Source: Octopus bimaculoides | Lineage: Eukaryota | Reading direction: 5' to 3' | DNA: 56,450 nt | NCBI RefSeq assembly: GCF_001194135.2 | Contig: NC_068989.1 | Coordinates: 74,549,386-74,605,835, forward strand | Shown: positions 38,480 to 50,013 of the stretch, one piece after another | How the letters are laid out: the number at the start of each line of letters is the position of its first letter | Position numbering within the stretch: the first letter of the stretch is position 1 | The notes under the pieces: generated by a model | Database searches by the model: none | The model's input: the letters and a program-made list of their open reading frames with translations, nothing else | What the model was told of the DNA's origin: nothing | Made by a program: the position numbers and the translations under genes

Positions 38480-39949
38480 AATGCAATACAGAAAATTATT
38501 TGAAGTTTATAAAATTATTTCGTGTGAGCATTACAATATCTTAACATTTATCACTTATAAAATATAAGAAATACGATGGAATTCAATGAATGTCTCATTG
38601 CAAGTGACGAAATGGAAGTAATGCAAGGAGCGTTCAACAGTCCATTAGAAATATTTGCGCTGCGAGAGAAAACATTTGTAAAATAACTAGTGTTGTTTTC
38701 AATGTAATCAACATTACAGGAAACAATTTTAGCTACGTTTTGACCATCAGCAAATCCTACGTGCCTTCGAAAAACGGAAGCAGTGATGAGATAAATGCTA
38801 GTTATATGTGCGATGTTTTGCATAGGTTGTTGTAGGAATATAGAATTGCTTAAATGTTTCATTGACGGCTATATAGCTATGCCACATTATATCTCATGAA
38901 AAATGTGGGGATATGCATGTATAGAGAAAGTATAAAGTTAAAATAACGGCAGTTATTCTGATTGACAACCATCGCATTGCTTAAGACCACTTCGTTAGAC
39001 GTTCCTTAAACATTTTAAATTCTATGATTGTTTCATTGCATAAGCAGTAGTTTTGTTTTTTATCATCAGTTTTATTTGTTCATCTACCAAATTTTCTCCA
39101 CTCTCAATGGCAGCTGATAAATTTCAAGAGGTTTTGGTAAATGAAAAAAAACTAGGACATTTAGAAGTAAGATTGACATTTTGAAACTATTTATGAAATA
39201 CATTCTAGGAGCATCAGATATACGAAGAACGATGCTGTTTTTTGTTTACCTGCTGTTTCCTTATAAATACATCACAATACAAACAATATTGCTTTTCACC
39301 ATATCATTTCTGGGTAGCGTTTGTTTAAATGTCCAAAACATTTAAAGGAGTTGAATTTACTTAGAAGGCTAAAACATGCCAAACCAGCCAAATTACTGGT
39401 ACTGATTCCAATGACCGGAAACGTTTTAGAAAATAAAAGTGAGATTTTTTAATCGGGAGCAAAAACACTGTATTAATAAGATATTTAGTCATAAGCTCAA
39501 AACCTGAAAAAAAAAAAAAGTTAGATGCTAAATTATACTGGAGAAACAAGCGCAGATTATATCCAATATATTGGTTTTGTGGATGACATTAACACCAGCG
39601 TACACTACCGACAGATTAGTTTGTCGGGAACGTACGTATCTGGCAAAGCTCGTGTTAAAATCAAAATAATTATAGCATGGAAAAACATGTTAGCCATTTA
39701 GAAACACAGTAAAACTTAACTTCACTAAAATATTATTTGGTGTGTGAAAAGTTTCGTCGCCCTAATTGTAACCTGGTCATTGACACAGTTTAATTGCAAC
39801 CCAGTGTCGCAGTTACGGGGGCGAAAATTTGGACAACAAGCGTTTAAATCAAGTTAAAACTTTTCTATATCTTTTTGAGTGGCTAATGTATATTTTCTAC
39901 GCTACTAATCAATTAGCTTATTTTTCATTATTAAATTAAATACAGAGGC

Positions 39950-40110
39950 AGCGAGCTTGTAGGAACGTTCGCACACCGGAAAAGGGCGACATTTCGTTCT
40001 CAGCCAACATCGAATTTGCTTTCATCCTTTTGGGGTCATTGATAAAAGTACTGTACTCGATACAATCGACTAGTTCCTTTCCCTAAATTTTCAGGTTTTA
40101 TCCTTGTAGA
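39950..40110 (+). mobile_element. SINE family A copy, internally deleted
   Basis: GGCAGCGAGCTTG...TTTGCTTTCATCCTTTTGGGGTC. Confidence 0.7.
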
Positions 40111-40814
40111 AAGGTTTATTAAATTAAATACAATTGTACCTATAACAAAGAACATTCTTTTTTCTAGTATCTACCTAGCACCAGATACTACATATCCATG
40201 ATGAAAATCTCAGCATGTGAACTAGAAAATCAAAGCTGATCCAAGACCGTAACCACAAAATCTCAATTGAAAAACCTACTGTGCTCTCGAGTTAGAGCTG
40301 ACGCCCGCGAGTATTATGGTGCAGAGAAAAGATGATCTTGATATATTCGTTCCAGATATTTTATTTATATGTGGGACACTAGTTTCATTTGTATCCTTCC
40401 TGTTTATAAATAAATGTGCAACTAGAAGATGCTGTTTTTAGCAAATCAAGACGGTGTGACAACGCTCCTTGCGGGCACGAATTCTAATTAGTTGATCATT
40501 ATTTTAGTAAAATAATTACAAATGGCATTGGTTAACCGGTAACTTGGAAACATTAAAATTGACAAATTTTGCAGAGACCAAATCTATTTACAAGTAGTTC
40601 TATATTTAAGAGATGAGGAATTATGTACATTATTTACATTCGACAGATATTTGTCCTCATTTTGTTTGTTAATACAACGTTTCGGCTGATAACCCTCTAA
40701 CCTTCTTCAGGTGCCTTGGGGAAATTTCGAACCTGGACTCTCGTTCCTAACGTATTTTTCGACGCTATTATTGTTATTGTTCAGGTCACTGCTTGGAATC
40801 GACTACGCCATTTG

Positions 40815-41056
40815 CCTGTGCCACAGGCTTATGACGTAGTGGTTAAGAACGCGGGCTACTAACCCCAAGATTCCGAGTTCGATTCCAAGCAGTGACCTGA
40901 ACAATAACAATAATATTGAAAAATACCTTAGGAATGAGAACCCAGGTTCGAAATTTCCCCAAGACACCTGAAGAAGGCTGGAGGGTATATCAGCCGAAAC
41001 GTTGTGTTAAGAACTAACAAGATGAGGACAAATATCTGTCGAATGTAAATAATGTA
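40815..41056 (+). mobile_element. Short non-autonomous element: tRNA-like head plus PLE tail with hammerhead core
   Basis: A box (TGACGTAGTGG) and B box (GAGTTCGATTCC), then a body matching the PLE 3' end at 51824-52045. No ORF. Confidence 0.8.
40963..41008 (+). ncRNA. Minimal type I hammerhead ribozyme motif (predicted)
   Basis: GACAC-CTGAAGA-A-GGCTG(GAGGGTATAT)CAGCC-GAAAC-GTT-GTGTT. Stem I is 5 bp, stem II is 5 bp, and the palindromic AACGTT stands in place of stem III. One extra A follows A9. Confidence 0.65.
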
Positions 41057-41341
41057 AACTATTTACAACTAGTTTCGAGTTTATCTGATTCTATAACTAG
41101 TTCTTAACTTGAAAAAAACAGATTCACAATTAAAAATACTAAAATTTGTATCATAGTTCGCTCCAGTGGTTGACTGGTGAATTCATTTCTCGGAGTTTCG
41201 TGAGATAGAATAGTTGACCTATTTTTGTAATATATACCACAAAAGTGCACGCAATGTGATATTCCAAATGATACATTCCACAATGAAATCTTTTTGTTCG
41301 AGTGAGAGAAATTAAACAATGACTTTTCGATTATAATTTAC

Positions 41342-41431
41342 CTTTTCTGCGTTTAATTGTGCACAGAGTGCCTCAGCTTCGCCATTACTCGCAAAGCAAG
41401 TTGCTCCAAGATATTTCAGAAGTGTAAGACA
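41342..41431 (-). CDS. GEN1: GEN1 coding exon 3 (90 nt, phase 0 to 0)
   Basis: Acceptor TTTACTTTTCAG, donor AAG|GTAAAT. CLTLLKYLGATCFASNGEAEALCAQLNAEK contains the XPG-I GEAEA motif. Confidence 0.96.
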
Positions 41432-42879
41432 CTGAAAAGTAAAGACAGTTGAGTGTTTAGCCAACCTCGGAAAACCCATTATTATATTGACGTATATTAA
41501 TGTAATTTTTACCACTTTCTAACAGTCAAAACGTAAGATTCTGCCCACATTTAAGGATTAAATATCTTTAAAAGATATTACGCCCAATTTATAAATAAAC
41601 ATTACAATGACGCTAGACAGTCGGTTTTGCCAATGACGTAAAAAGGGAAACTCGGTTGAAAATGTCATACACAAACTAAAATCTTGGTACTGTAGGAAGA
41701 AAATAAAGGGAGAAGCAGATAGCTTAAAATTCAAAATACTGCCCGTTCTAGGAAATTCAATTCTTTCTTGTAATTTGTATTGGGCGTACCAAAGAATTCA
41801 AGAAAAATTACATTCGTGTTTACATCTGTTTAATATTTAGAATGACAGTTTCCGTGTATAGGGTTTCTATTCAGCACTTAAGTGTTGGCTTTAAAGGAAC
41901 TAGAAAGAGAAAAATAACAATGGAGGGAAAAAACCGATTTCATTAATAGTTAGTTGACCTCATCCTTGTTTAAGCACTAAACTGCTGAATCTTCTAAATA
42001 GGAGGAATTTTTTACTAATTATAAAATTTTCTTAGTTCAACTTCTAATGCCCATTAATAAATTTATCAGTAGAAGCGCAGGAATCGAAGTGTATCTTGAA
42101 ACCGATTTAATAAAATAAACAGCGTCTTGAACTCGCATAAAGAACCCTAATATTTTAAGTCATATCATGACAGTTAACAAAAGTAAATATAACGTCTTAA
42201 AATTTAGTTATGAAACATACTAAACTATCAAATTTAAAGTAATTTTATGTATGAGGGAGACTAACAATTTAGAGGGTCATACGTTCAATATTAAGTTAGC
42301 TCCGTTTAACCATATAATTTTCATGCAGAAGACACACCAAGGTAATTTTTCCAATTTCATATTGTTCCTAGCCACATCATAAAAAGTCTGTTCACATATA
42401 TAAAATTTCAAAGCGGTTAAAAGGTGGGCACTTAAAATCAGTGTCTTATATATAATAATGTGCGTATATATAATTAGTAGTTAATATAGTCCCGTGGAAA
42501 GAATAGTGGTATAAGCGGGTTAATGCCTATCGAAAACATTAAAATCAGAGATACTTTTTTGTGTTAATTCTTTATATTTATGTGTATTTTGTTGTATTAA
42601 ATGTGCTTCGCTTGTAAGAACAAACTTCACTGCACATTACATAATTGCGAACCTCTGAGCATTGATCTGCTATAAAAATTGAGAGGAACAGTTATTAGTG
42701 CTGATATTTTGAATGGATAAACTAAATACTGCTACAGACATTGCGATATCAAAATATAATTTCAAGGCACTAAAAGTAATTTTTACAAATACGATTTCAC
42801 ATTGAATGCAGACCACAAGTTCGCATGTGGCAGATTTTAACTTGAATCAATTCTGTCGTATGTTCATTATGGTACGGAT

Positions 42880-43020
42880 TTCAAATTTTGACACAAGGCT
42901 AACGATTTCGGGGAAGAATTAAGTCGATTACATCGACTCCAGGAGTCAACTGGTACGGATTTTGAACTCCGAACGCAAAGACAGATGAAATGTTGCCAAG
43001 CATCTCACCAGCTCGCCGTC
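42880..43020 (-). mobile_element. SINE family A copy, deleted
   Basis: AAGTCGATTACATCGACTCCAG...TTTGAACTCCGAACG...CCAGCTCGCCGTCTT. Confidence 0.7.
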
Positions 43021-43137
43021 TTAATGCCCTTTATAATATTGAGTTTCATAAGAAAAATAATAAGATCCGAAAGCAAATTTAGAGGGAATTTTGTCGAAAA
43101 TAGATAAGAAAAAAGGTTGAAAACAAACAAATCCTAC

Positions 43138-43318
43138 ATTTTGAGAGGTAATTGTCCGAGACCGTTCCCTTTGTATTGGTGGGAGACATTCTTGATTACA
43201 GGAAATCTTTCTGCGTTTGAATATTGTTGAATCTTTTAATTCTGGGATTCTTCCATCAATCACAAAAATTGGCTCAATGCCGTTTATCAGAAACTCGATG
43301 GTACGTAAGAAAACATTT
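43138..43318 (-). CDS. GEN1: GEN1 coding exon 2 (181 nt, phase 2 to 0)
   Basis: Acceptor TTTTTTATTATCCAG, donor AAT|GTAGGA. Reads (R)NVFLRTIEFLINGIEPIFVIDGRIPELKDSTIFKRR...TITSQN, matching the NLFFR and FV.EG..P.LK motifs. Confidence 0.93.
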
Positions 43319-43633
43319 CTGGATAATAAAAAAATATGAAATTAGTGTTGAAAGAATTCTTGAGTGACTCCGGTTAGTAAATTGATTATTCAATATTCAA
43401 ATACATTGAAACTTTAAAATATGGAGTTTTACTTTTGGGGGGAGATTCCTAATTTAGTTCGTAATATCAACAATAAATGAAAATCAAACGATGTAATCGT
43501 TGATCGAAGGATTTAAGAATGGCTATCACTATTTCATAGAGAAGGGAACGGATAAGGAACTGGGCAGTTGCTTTCATTTGTGAAAGAAATTTTTGTCCTA
43601 AAATTTAGTTCTTTACATTTATTTCTCAAACGC

Positions 43634-43902
43634 GTGATAATGCTATAAATAGCGTGATCAGGATAAACTATCCATATAATGCAGAAAAATACGTTGCCAG
43701 CCAGCCATGAGACTCGAACTCACATCTCTGTGAAAGTTCTAAAATTGCAGAAGAATTCGTTGCTGGGCAGTTTGGTTTAATGGCAAAACACTTGACATGT
43801 AATCACAGAGATGTGAGTTCGTGTCTCATGGCAGGCCGGCAACGTATTTTTCTGCAATGTATGGATAATTTATCTTGATCACGCTATTTATAGCATTATC
43901 AC
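43634..43902. repeat. Inverted repeat, 100-bp arms, 69-bp spacer
   Basis: 43634-43733 versus the reverse complement of 43803-43902: 7 mismatches, no indels, by hand alignment. The right arm runs into the gap. Confidence 0.95.
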
Positions 43903-45715
43903 NNNNNNNNNNNNNNNNNNNNNNNNNNNNNNNNNNNNNNNNNNNNNNNNNNNNNNNNNNNNNNNNNNNNNNNNNNNNNNNNNNNNNNNNNNNNNNNNNN
44001 NNNNNNNNNNNNNNNNNNNNNNNNNNNNNNNNNNNNNNNNNNNNNNNNNNNNNNNNNNNNNNNNNNNNNNNNNNNNNNNNNNNNNNNNNNNNNNNNNNNN
44101 NNNNNNNNNNNNNNNNNNNNNNNNNNNNNNNNNNNNNNNNNNNNNNNNNNNNNNNNNNNNNNNNNNNNNNNNNNNNNNNNNNNNNNNNNNNNNNNNNNNN
44201 NNNNNNNNNNNNNNNNNNNNNNNNNNNNNNNNNNNNNNNNNNNNNNNNNNNNNNNNNNNNNNNNNNNNNNCTTATCGTTTATAATTTTGATTAAGGCGAT
44301 GCTCCTGCATAGCTGCAGTCAAATGACTAAAACAAGAAAAAGAATATATTTTTCAATTACCACTAAGTTTACTGGAGCAAAACGTGAAGAGAATGTTTTT
44401 GCTCAAAAACACAAAGCACTCCTCGGTTCTAGAATCGAAACCACGATCGTAAGATATACATTTTAACCACTAACCACGCCCCTTCAATAGAGATAAAATG
44501 AAAAATATTTGTACACTTTACATAGGATGTAAACTAACCGTCCCAGTATTATTTCGTAAGTTTTTTGTTCATGATTATTAGTCCCCAGAGCATACTTCAC
44601 ATCAGTCCTATGATCGTTACTGGTAAGGTGCTCTCTGAAGGTGATTTAGCTACTTTTTCTTGCAGACTGAACGACCATACCGAGATAACCTCATTGCTCG
44701 AATTTACAAGTATTTTATGAGAGAGCGCCTTCCTCAACAGTCAATCAGAGACTCAACGAATAGTCTATAATTAAGATGCTTGATCTGTATTGTTGTAGGA
44801 TACCTCGTTCTTAAGAGAACGCTTCCAGTAATTGTTGTAAAGCAACGGGAAATAGACAATTAGCAACAGGTTCCCTTGTTAATTATTGTGCACTTTAGTT
44901 CCGAATAATGGATCTAAAACTACATATGTCAATCGTTGTCTGACACGAATTTCAAATTTTTATATCAATGACCGAATTTTCAAATCTTATAAATAACTTC
45001 AAAATTTACGAATTTAAATCTACAGGGTTTTAATTTAGCAGAAGAGGTTTCCAAGTGTTTTATAGTTACATCTCTTAATAAAACCAGTTTCGAAACCGAT
45101 AGTATGCTTCATGTAGACCACCATACAGTGGTAAATTAAGAAATATATTTAGTTACTGCAGAAATGGCGCAATAATGACAAACTGTTTGACACATTCGAG
45201 AGTCTTAAAGATCAACTCAGAAAAAATAGTCACGAAAATCAAATGCTGAAAGCAAAAGAAGAGCTTCCAGCCTACCCAACGTATTATTTTTTTAAATGCT
45301 ACTAGTCCCAGAGTAACGAAAAGGACGGATTTTCGAAACGGCTATCACTTCATAGGGAGCAAAAATACAAAAAGTAAGAAATTGGTTGCTAAACATTTTA
45401 TTATTACACAAGTGTCGTAAGACATATGTATTAGTAAAAATTTTCCAGTGTCATATTCCAAAACTTCCAATATCCTATGTATATGTTCCCCTTACATAAT
45501 TCAGTACCCTTTTCTCTTCCCCATAAGAACGATAGCTATTCCTAAAGTCCACTACAAAATTTGTCGAAAGCAAGGAGACGATATTAAATTCTATAAATTT
45601 TGTTTGATTAAATGTTGAAAGCTAGGAGAGAAAATTAAATACAACAACAGTCATTCCAATTTCTAGCTGTTGTATCGTACATAGAATAAAAGTATTTAAT
45701 TGTATCATTCTTTAA

Positions 45716-46085
45716 AGCAGCGAGCTGCAAAAATCGTCAGCCCGCCGGACGAAATGCTTAGCAGCAATTCGTCCGTCTTCAGGTTCCGAGTTCAAATTCC
45801 ACCGAAGTCGACTTTGACTTTAATCTTTTTGGGGTTGATAAAATAAGTACCAGATGAGTAATGGGGTCAATACAACCGACTTAGCCCTTCTCCGAAATCA
45901 CTGGCCTAGTGCCAAAATTTGAAAACTATATTCTCATTCTTTGAAGCGGCGACTTGTCAGAATCATCAGCAAGCCGGACAAAATGCTTAGCGGCATTTCG
46001 TCCGTATTTATGTTCTGAATTCCAGTTCAGCCGAGGTCGACTTTACCTTTCCTCCTTTTGGGCTCGATAAAATAAATACCAGTTC
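45716..46085 (+). mobile_element. Two tandem SINE family A copies
   Basis: AAGCAGCGAGCTGC... (45716-45928) and AAGCGGCGAC.TGTCAGAATC... (45943-46085), both with GAGGTCGACTTT-like cores. Confidence 0.8.
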
Positions 46086-46226
46086 GACCGGCGTGCTAAT
46101 GATTCCACCAGGTAACCACCTTGGAACCGGAATGATAATATATTATTCATTTAGCTCGATACGCTATCTCTAGTGAAATCGCAATGTATCAAAATAAAAC
46201 ATAGTCGTTGCAAAACAATTTCCTAC

Positions 46227-46375
46227 CTTAAGTAAATATTCTTGTAAGCGGTACATAATCTACTTTCAACTATCCAGGTATTCAGGTCTATTGCGATTTT
46301 ATAACCACTTAATTCTGATAAATGCTCCTCCTTCGTCACAGGTTGTAGAATTTGCCATAATGACGGTACTCCCAT
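46227..46375 (-). CDS. GEN1: GEN1-family flap/Holliday-junction endonuclease, coding exon 1 (149 nt, ends phase 2)
   Basis: ATG at 46375 gives MGVPSLWQILQPVTKEEHLSELSGYKIAIDLNTWIVESRLCTAYKNIYL(R), the XPG-N start (MGV..LW.IL, IAIDL with catalytic D30). Donor AG|GTAGGA at 46226. An acceptor TTTCTTAG ends 7 nt before the ATG. Confidence 0.95.
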
Positions 46376-46691
46376 TGCAGATCTAAGAAAGTATACAAAC
46401 ATTAACAACAGTCATAACATTATTTATAACCGCGGGAATATTCAATTAATCGCTATATGTTGTGGTGTCCATGTTCGTCCTCTCTACGTTCGTCTTTTAT
46501 AGACAATTAAGAAATTGTTACTAAGGATATTTATATATATTTAACTATTTATATATATTTCACAATATACATTGCTACAAAAATGTACATTGAGAGAACA
46601 GGTTTCAAATTCAATTTAGAATTTATTCGTATTTATAAATTTATTTAGGTAACTTCTTGGATTTTGCGAGCGATATTAAAAAGAAATATAA

Positions 46692-46900
46692 GGCGGCGAG
46701 CTGGCAGAATCGTTAGCACAAGAAAATGCTTTCTAAACATTTCGTCCGTCTTTACGCTCTGAGTTCAAATGTTATTGAGGTCAACTTCGCTTTTCATCCT
46801 ATCGGAGTCGATAAAATAAGTATCAGTTTATCACTGGGGTCGATGTAATTGACTTTCTCCTCCCTGATATTGCTGGTCAAGTGCACAAATTTGAAAACGA
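46692..46900 (+). mobile_element. SINE family A copy
   Basis: AAGGCGGCGAGCTGGCAGAATCGTTAGCAC...CTGGGGTCGATGTAATTGAC. Confidence 0.85.
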
Positions 46901-47104
46901 TATTAACCGTTTGTGGGCCGGTGGGGTTGGAACTACACAAAAAGCCATTGGGGTCCCTTTTTATTTTTGCACATTTCCGTACTATCCATAAAGTAATATT
47001 TCTTTAATCTTGTATTTATGTATGAGCGCATGATACAGAACAAAAAAAAAATTAGCACTTTTTTTTTAAGTTTTATAAACTATACTTTATAGCAATAATA
47101 ACGT

Positions 47105-47455
47105 GGAGTCGCAATGGCCCAGTGGTTAGGGCAGCGGACTCGCGGTCATAGGATCGCGGTTTCGATTCCCAGAGTGTTTATTGAACGTAAACACCTAAAG
47201 CTCCACGAGGCTCCGGCAGGGGATGATGGCGAACCCTGCTGTACTCTTTCACCACAACTTTCTCTCACTCTTACTTCCTGTTTCTGTTGTGCCTGTAGTT
47301 CACACTGTGTCACGCTGAATATCAACGAGAACTACGTTAAGAGTACACGTGTCTGTGGAGTGCTCAGCCACTTGCAAGTTAATTTCACGAGCAGGCTGTT
47401 CCATTGATCGGATCAACTGGAACCCTCGACGTCGTAAGCGACGGAGTGCCAACAA
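47105..47455 (+). mobile_element. SINE family B copy with two short internal deletions
   Basis: Aligns by eye to 50014-50397. Confidence 0.9.
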
Positions 47456-48423
47456 TAGCAATAACATAAAACAAAATAATTTAGTATATCGATTCATACC
47501 AGTACAAATACGAAGAAAATCGAATTATAGTTCATCAGAATATCTGAAATAAGAACAGAAAAAATAATTTCACAGAAGGTCAATGAGGTTCATTTGGATC
47601 CCATATTTTATGCTATAACATTTGGATCCCATATTTTATGCTATAACATCCATATGACTGGAAATTTTTAACCCAAAATTTGTATGTGCATATATAAACT
47701 ATTGAAAATAAAAGTCATAGGATATAAAATTATTTAAATAAAAAATGTAAAAGTTGATTAACTTTTAAAATTTGCTGGGGTTCCAAGGGAGCCCCACTGA
47801 CCCACGAGCGGCTAAAAAAAATAAGCTTTTGCTTCCCGAAATTCCTGATCAGGTTTTGAAATTCGACAGTCTCTTTGACAATATGATATACAAACTGTTG
47901 CGTTTCCCATCCCTTATAAATTATTTTCTTTTTTGTTTTTTTTTTTCATTTAAGTGCATCATTAGCAAGTTTTAGGAGAGGATTAGTCGAGATCTTCCAC
48001 CCCAGTAGTGAATGGTACATATATTTCATAGACTCTAGAGAGATAAGAGACTAAGTTGACCAGTTTTTAATGTAAATTAAGAATGTAAAGTAGTGATACA
48101 TGCACCTCAAAAACCTTAATTCCGATGATCTGACCATGTGCACACACACACACATACACACACACACACACATACACATATATATGTGTGGGTATGTGTA
48201 TAAAACAGTCAAACGTTAATTAAAGAACCATTCCATAGTTAAGTAATGTTTCACATCCATTAGATTTTCAGAAAAGCAAAATGTTGAGAACCTGTTTGAA
48301 ATTTCGACATATCGCCTTGATTATGCGCGCGCGCGCGTATATATATATATATATGTATATATATACATATATATATAATAACAAACAGGGTGTGCTTTGC
48401 GTTACATGGATGTATCAAGGGTT

Positions 48424-48753
48424 GAACAGACAGAACACAAGGAGAAAAAGTTAGACGGAAGCAGAGCAAACGGGAAACTAGACGAAAACTTATCGCATGG
48501 GAAATATAGACAAAGGCACGATACATGGAATATTCGCAGGTGAATTTTCCGCTTCATTACCATTGAGACGACTGGGTGATCTCAATGTTAATGGCATGAA
48601 ACCACTATGATATTTTGGGCTATTTGCTGACGAGGAAAACTCAGCTGCGAATATCGTGTCTCTGTCTATATTTCCCGTCCGTTAAGTTTTCGTCTAGTTT
48701 CCTGTTTGCTCTGCTTTCGTCTAACTTTTTTCTGCTTGTTTTGCTGTCTGTTC
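48424..48753. repeat. Inverted repeat, about 110-bp arms (MITE-like)
   Basis: 48424-48539 pairs with 48645-48753 (for example GCAGAGCAAAC.GGAAACTAGACGAAAACTT). Both outer flanks lead to (TA)n. Confidence 0.85.
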
Positions 48754-49164
48754 GGCCCGTTATATATNNNNNNNNNNNNNNNNNNNNNNNNNNNNNNNNN
48801 NNNNNNNNNNNNNNNNNNNNNNNNNNNNNNNNNNNNNNNNNNNNNNNNNNNNNNNNNNNNNNNNNNNNNNNNNNNNNNNNNNNNNNNNNNNNNNNNNNNN
48901 NNNNNNNNNNNNNNNNNNNNNNNNNNNCTAGTAAGTACATAAATGCAAAACGAGGAGGGAAAATAATACTCGAATACCGGGAGTAATGTGCTTTTTTTTC
49001 AAATAAAAGCTGCAACATCACAAATAAATGTTACTCAGTGTTTCACGATCCGTTTGTCGGATAGATTTTTTATCATAACTGTCCGACGAAAGGGAACTTG
49101 AAACTCTTAATAGCAGTTTGTTTGTGATGTTAATAAAAAAAAATTATATATTCCATGGGATTCC

Positions 49165-49305
49165 GCATCGACTCCGTCTACCAAATTCACTCACAATGCA
49201 TTGGTCGGCTGGGCGCAATAGATGACACTTGTCGTAGATGGTGAGCAGTAGGACTGTACCTAAACTTACATGGTTCCGAAGCGAGCTTCTTAACTACGTT
49301 ACCAT
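49165..49305 (-). mobile_element. SINE family C 5' half, degraded
   Basis: CCGTCTACCAAATTCACTCACAA...GGACTG...CATGGTTC.GAAGCGAGCTTCTTAAC. Confidence 0.7.
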
Positions 49306-50013
49306 ACCTGCATGTAGAAATGTGTGGTTGGGAAGGTATGTGTAGTGTTTTTACACAGGTGCAATGTGTATTAGCTGGTAAGCAGTATATTCGTTGATAG
49401 GTGAAGATATACAGATGATATAACCATTTCAACAAGAATCGAAACGTGTATAATGTTGTTTCCTCCTTTTCTATGCATACACGTACTGTGCAGACGAATT
49501 GTAAACAATTGTCGTAGCATTCGGGATTGGCTAACAGAAAATAACCTACAGTGTGTCATAGCAATAACTAGGGGAGGGAAGAGAGTCTTAGAAATTTGTT
49601 AGAAATAGATTAATGGGTCAAAATACTAATAAAATACACTGCGACTAATAGAGACAATATATGTCACGCTTATATATTTACTTCAAATATATCTAGCATT
49701 GTGTGTACAGCTAAACGAGTGTATATCTATTTTGTTCATTCGTATTCTATCATACATTACATTAATCGTATGCTAAAATGTTATAATATAAATACATGTT
49801 TTTTTTTCTGTTTTCTCTCCACTTCTTTCTCCGGTTCCGTATAAGTAAACATTTTGGTTATGTATAGGTAGCTCTCACTCTGTGAGCGTGAAGATATGGC
49901 TGTATACATTTTTATGTATGTGTATACGTGTAACACACACACACACACACACATGCATATTGTTTGTGTACAAACACACGTGCATGTATACACATATCTA
50001 TATACACACATGT

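Larger units (their letters stand above)
40626..41056. repeat. Inverted repeat, about 177-bp arms, 76-bp spacer
   Basis: 40626-40802 is a diverged reverse complement of 40879-41056. Confidence 0.95.

Noticed and set aside
40825-40895. Functional tRNA genes (also 43765-43840, 51972-52040 and the SINE heads)
   Set aside because: A and B boxes are present, but the acceptor stems do not pair and each is embedded in a repeat body.
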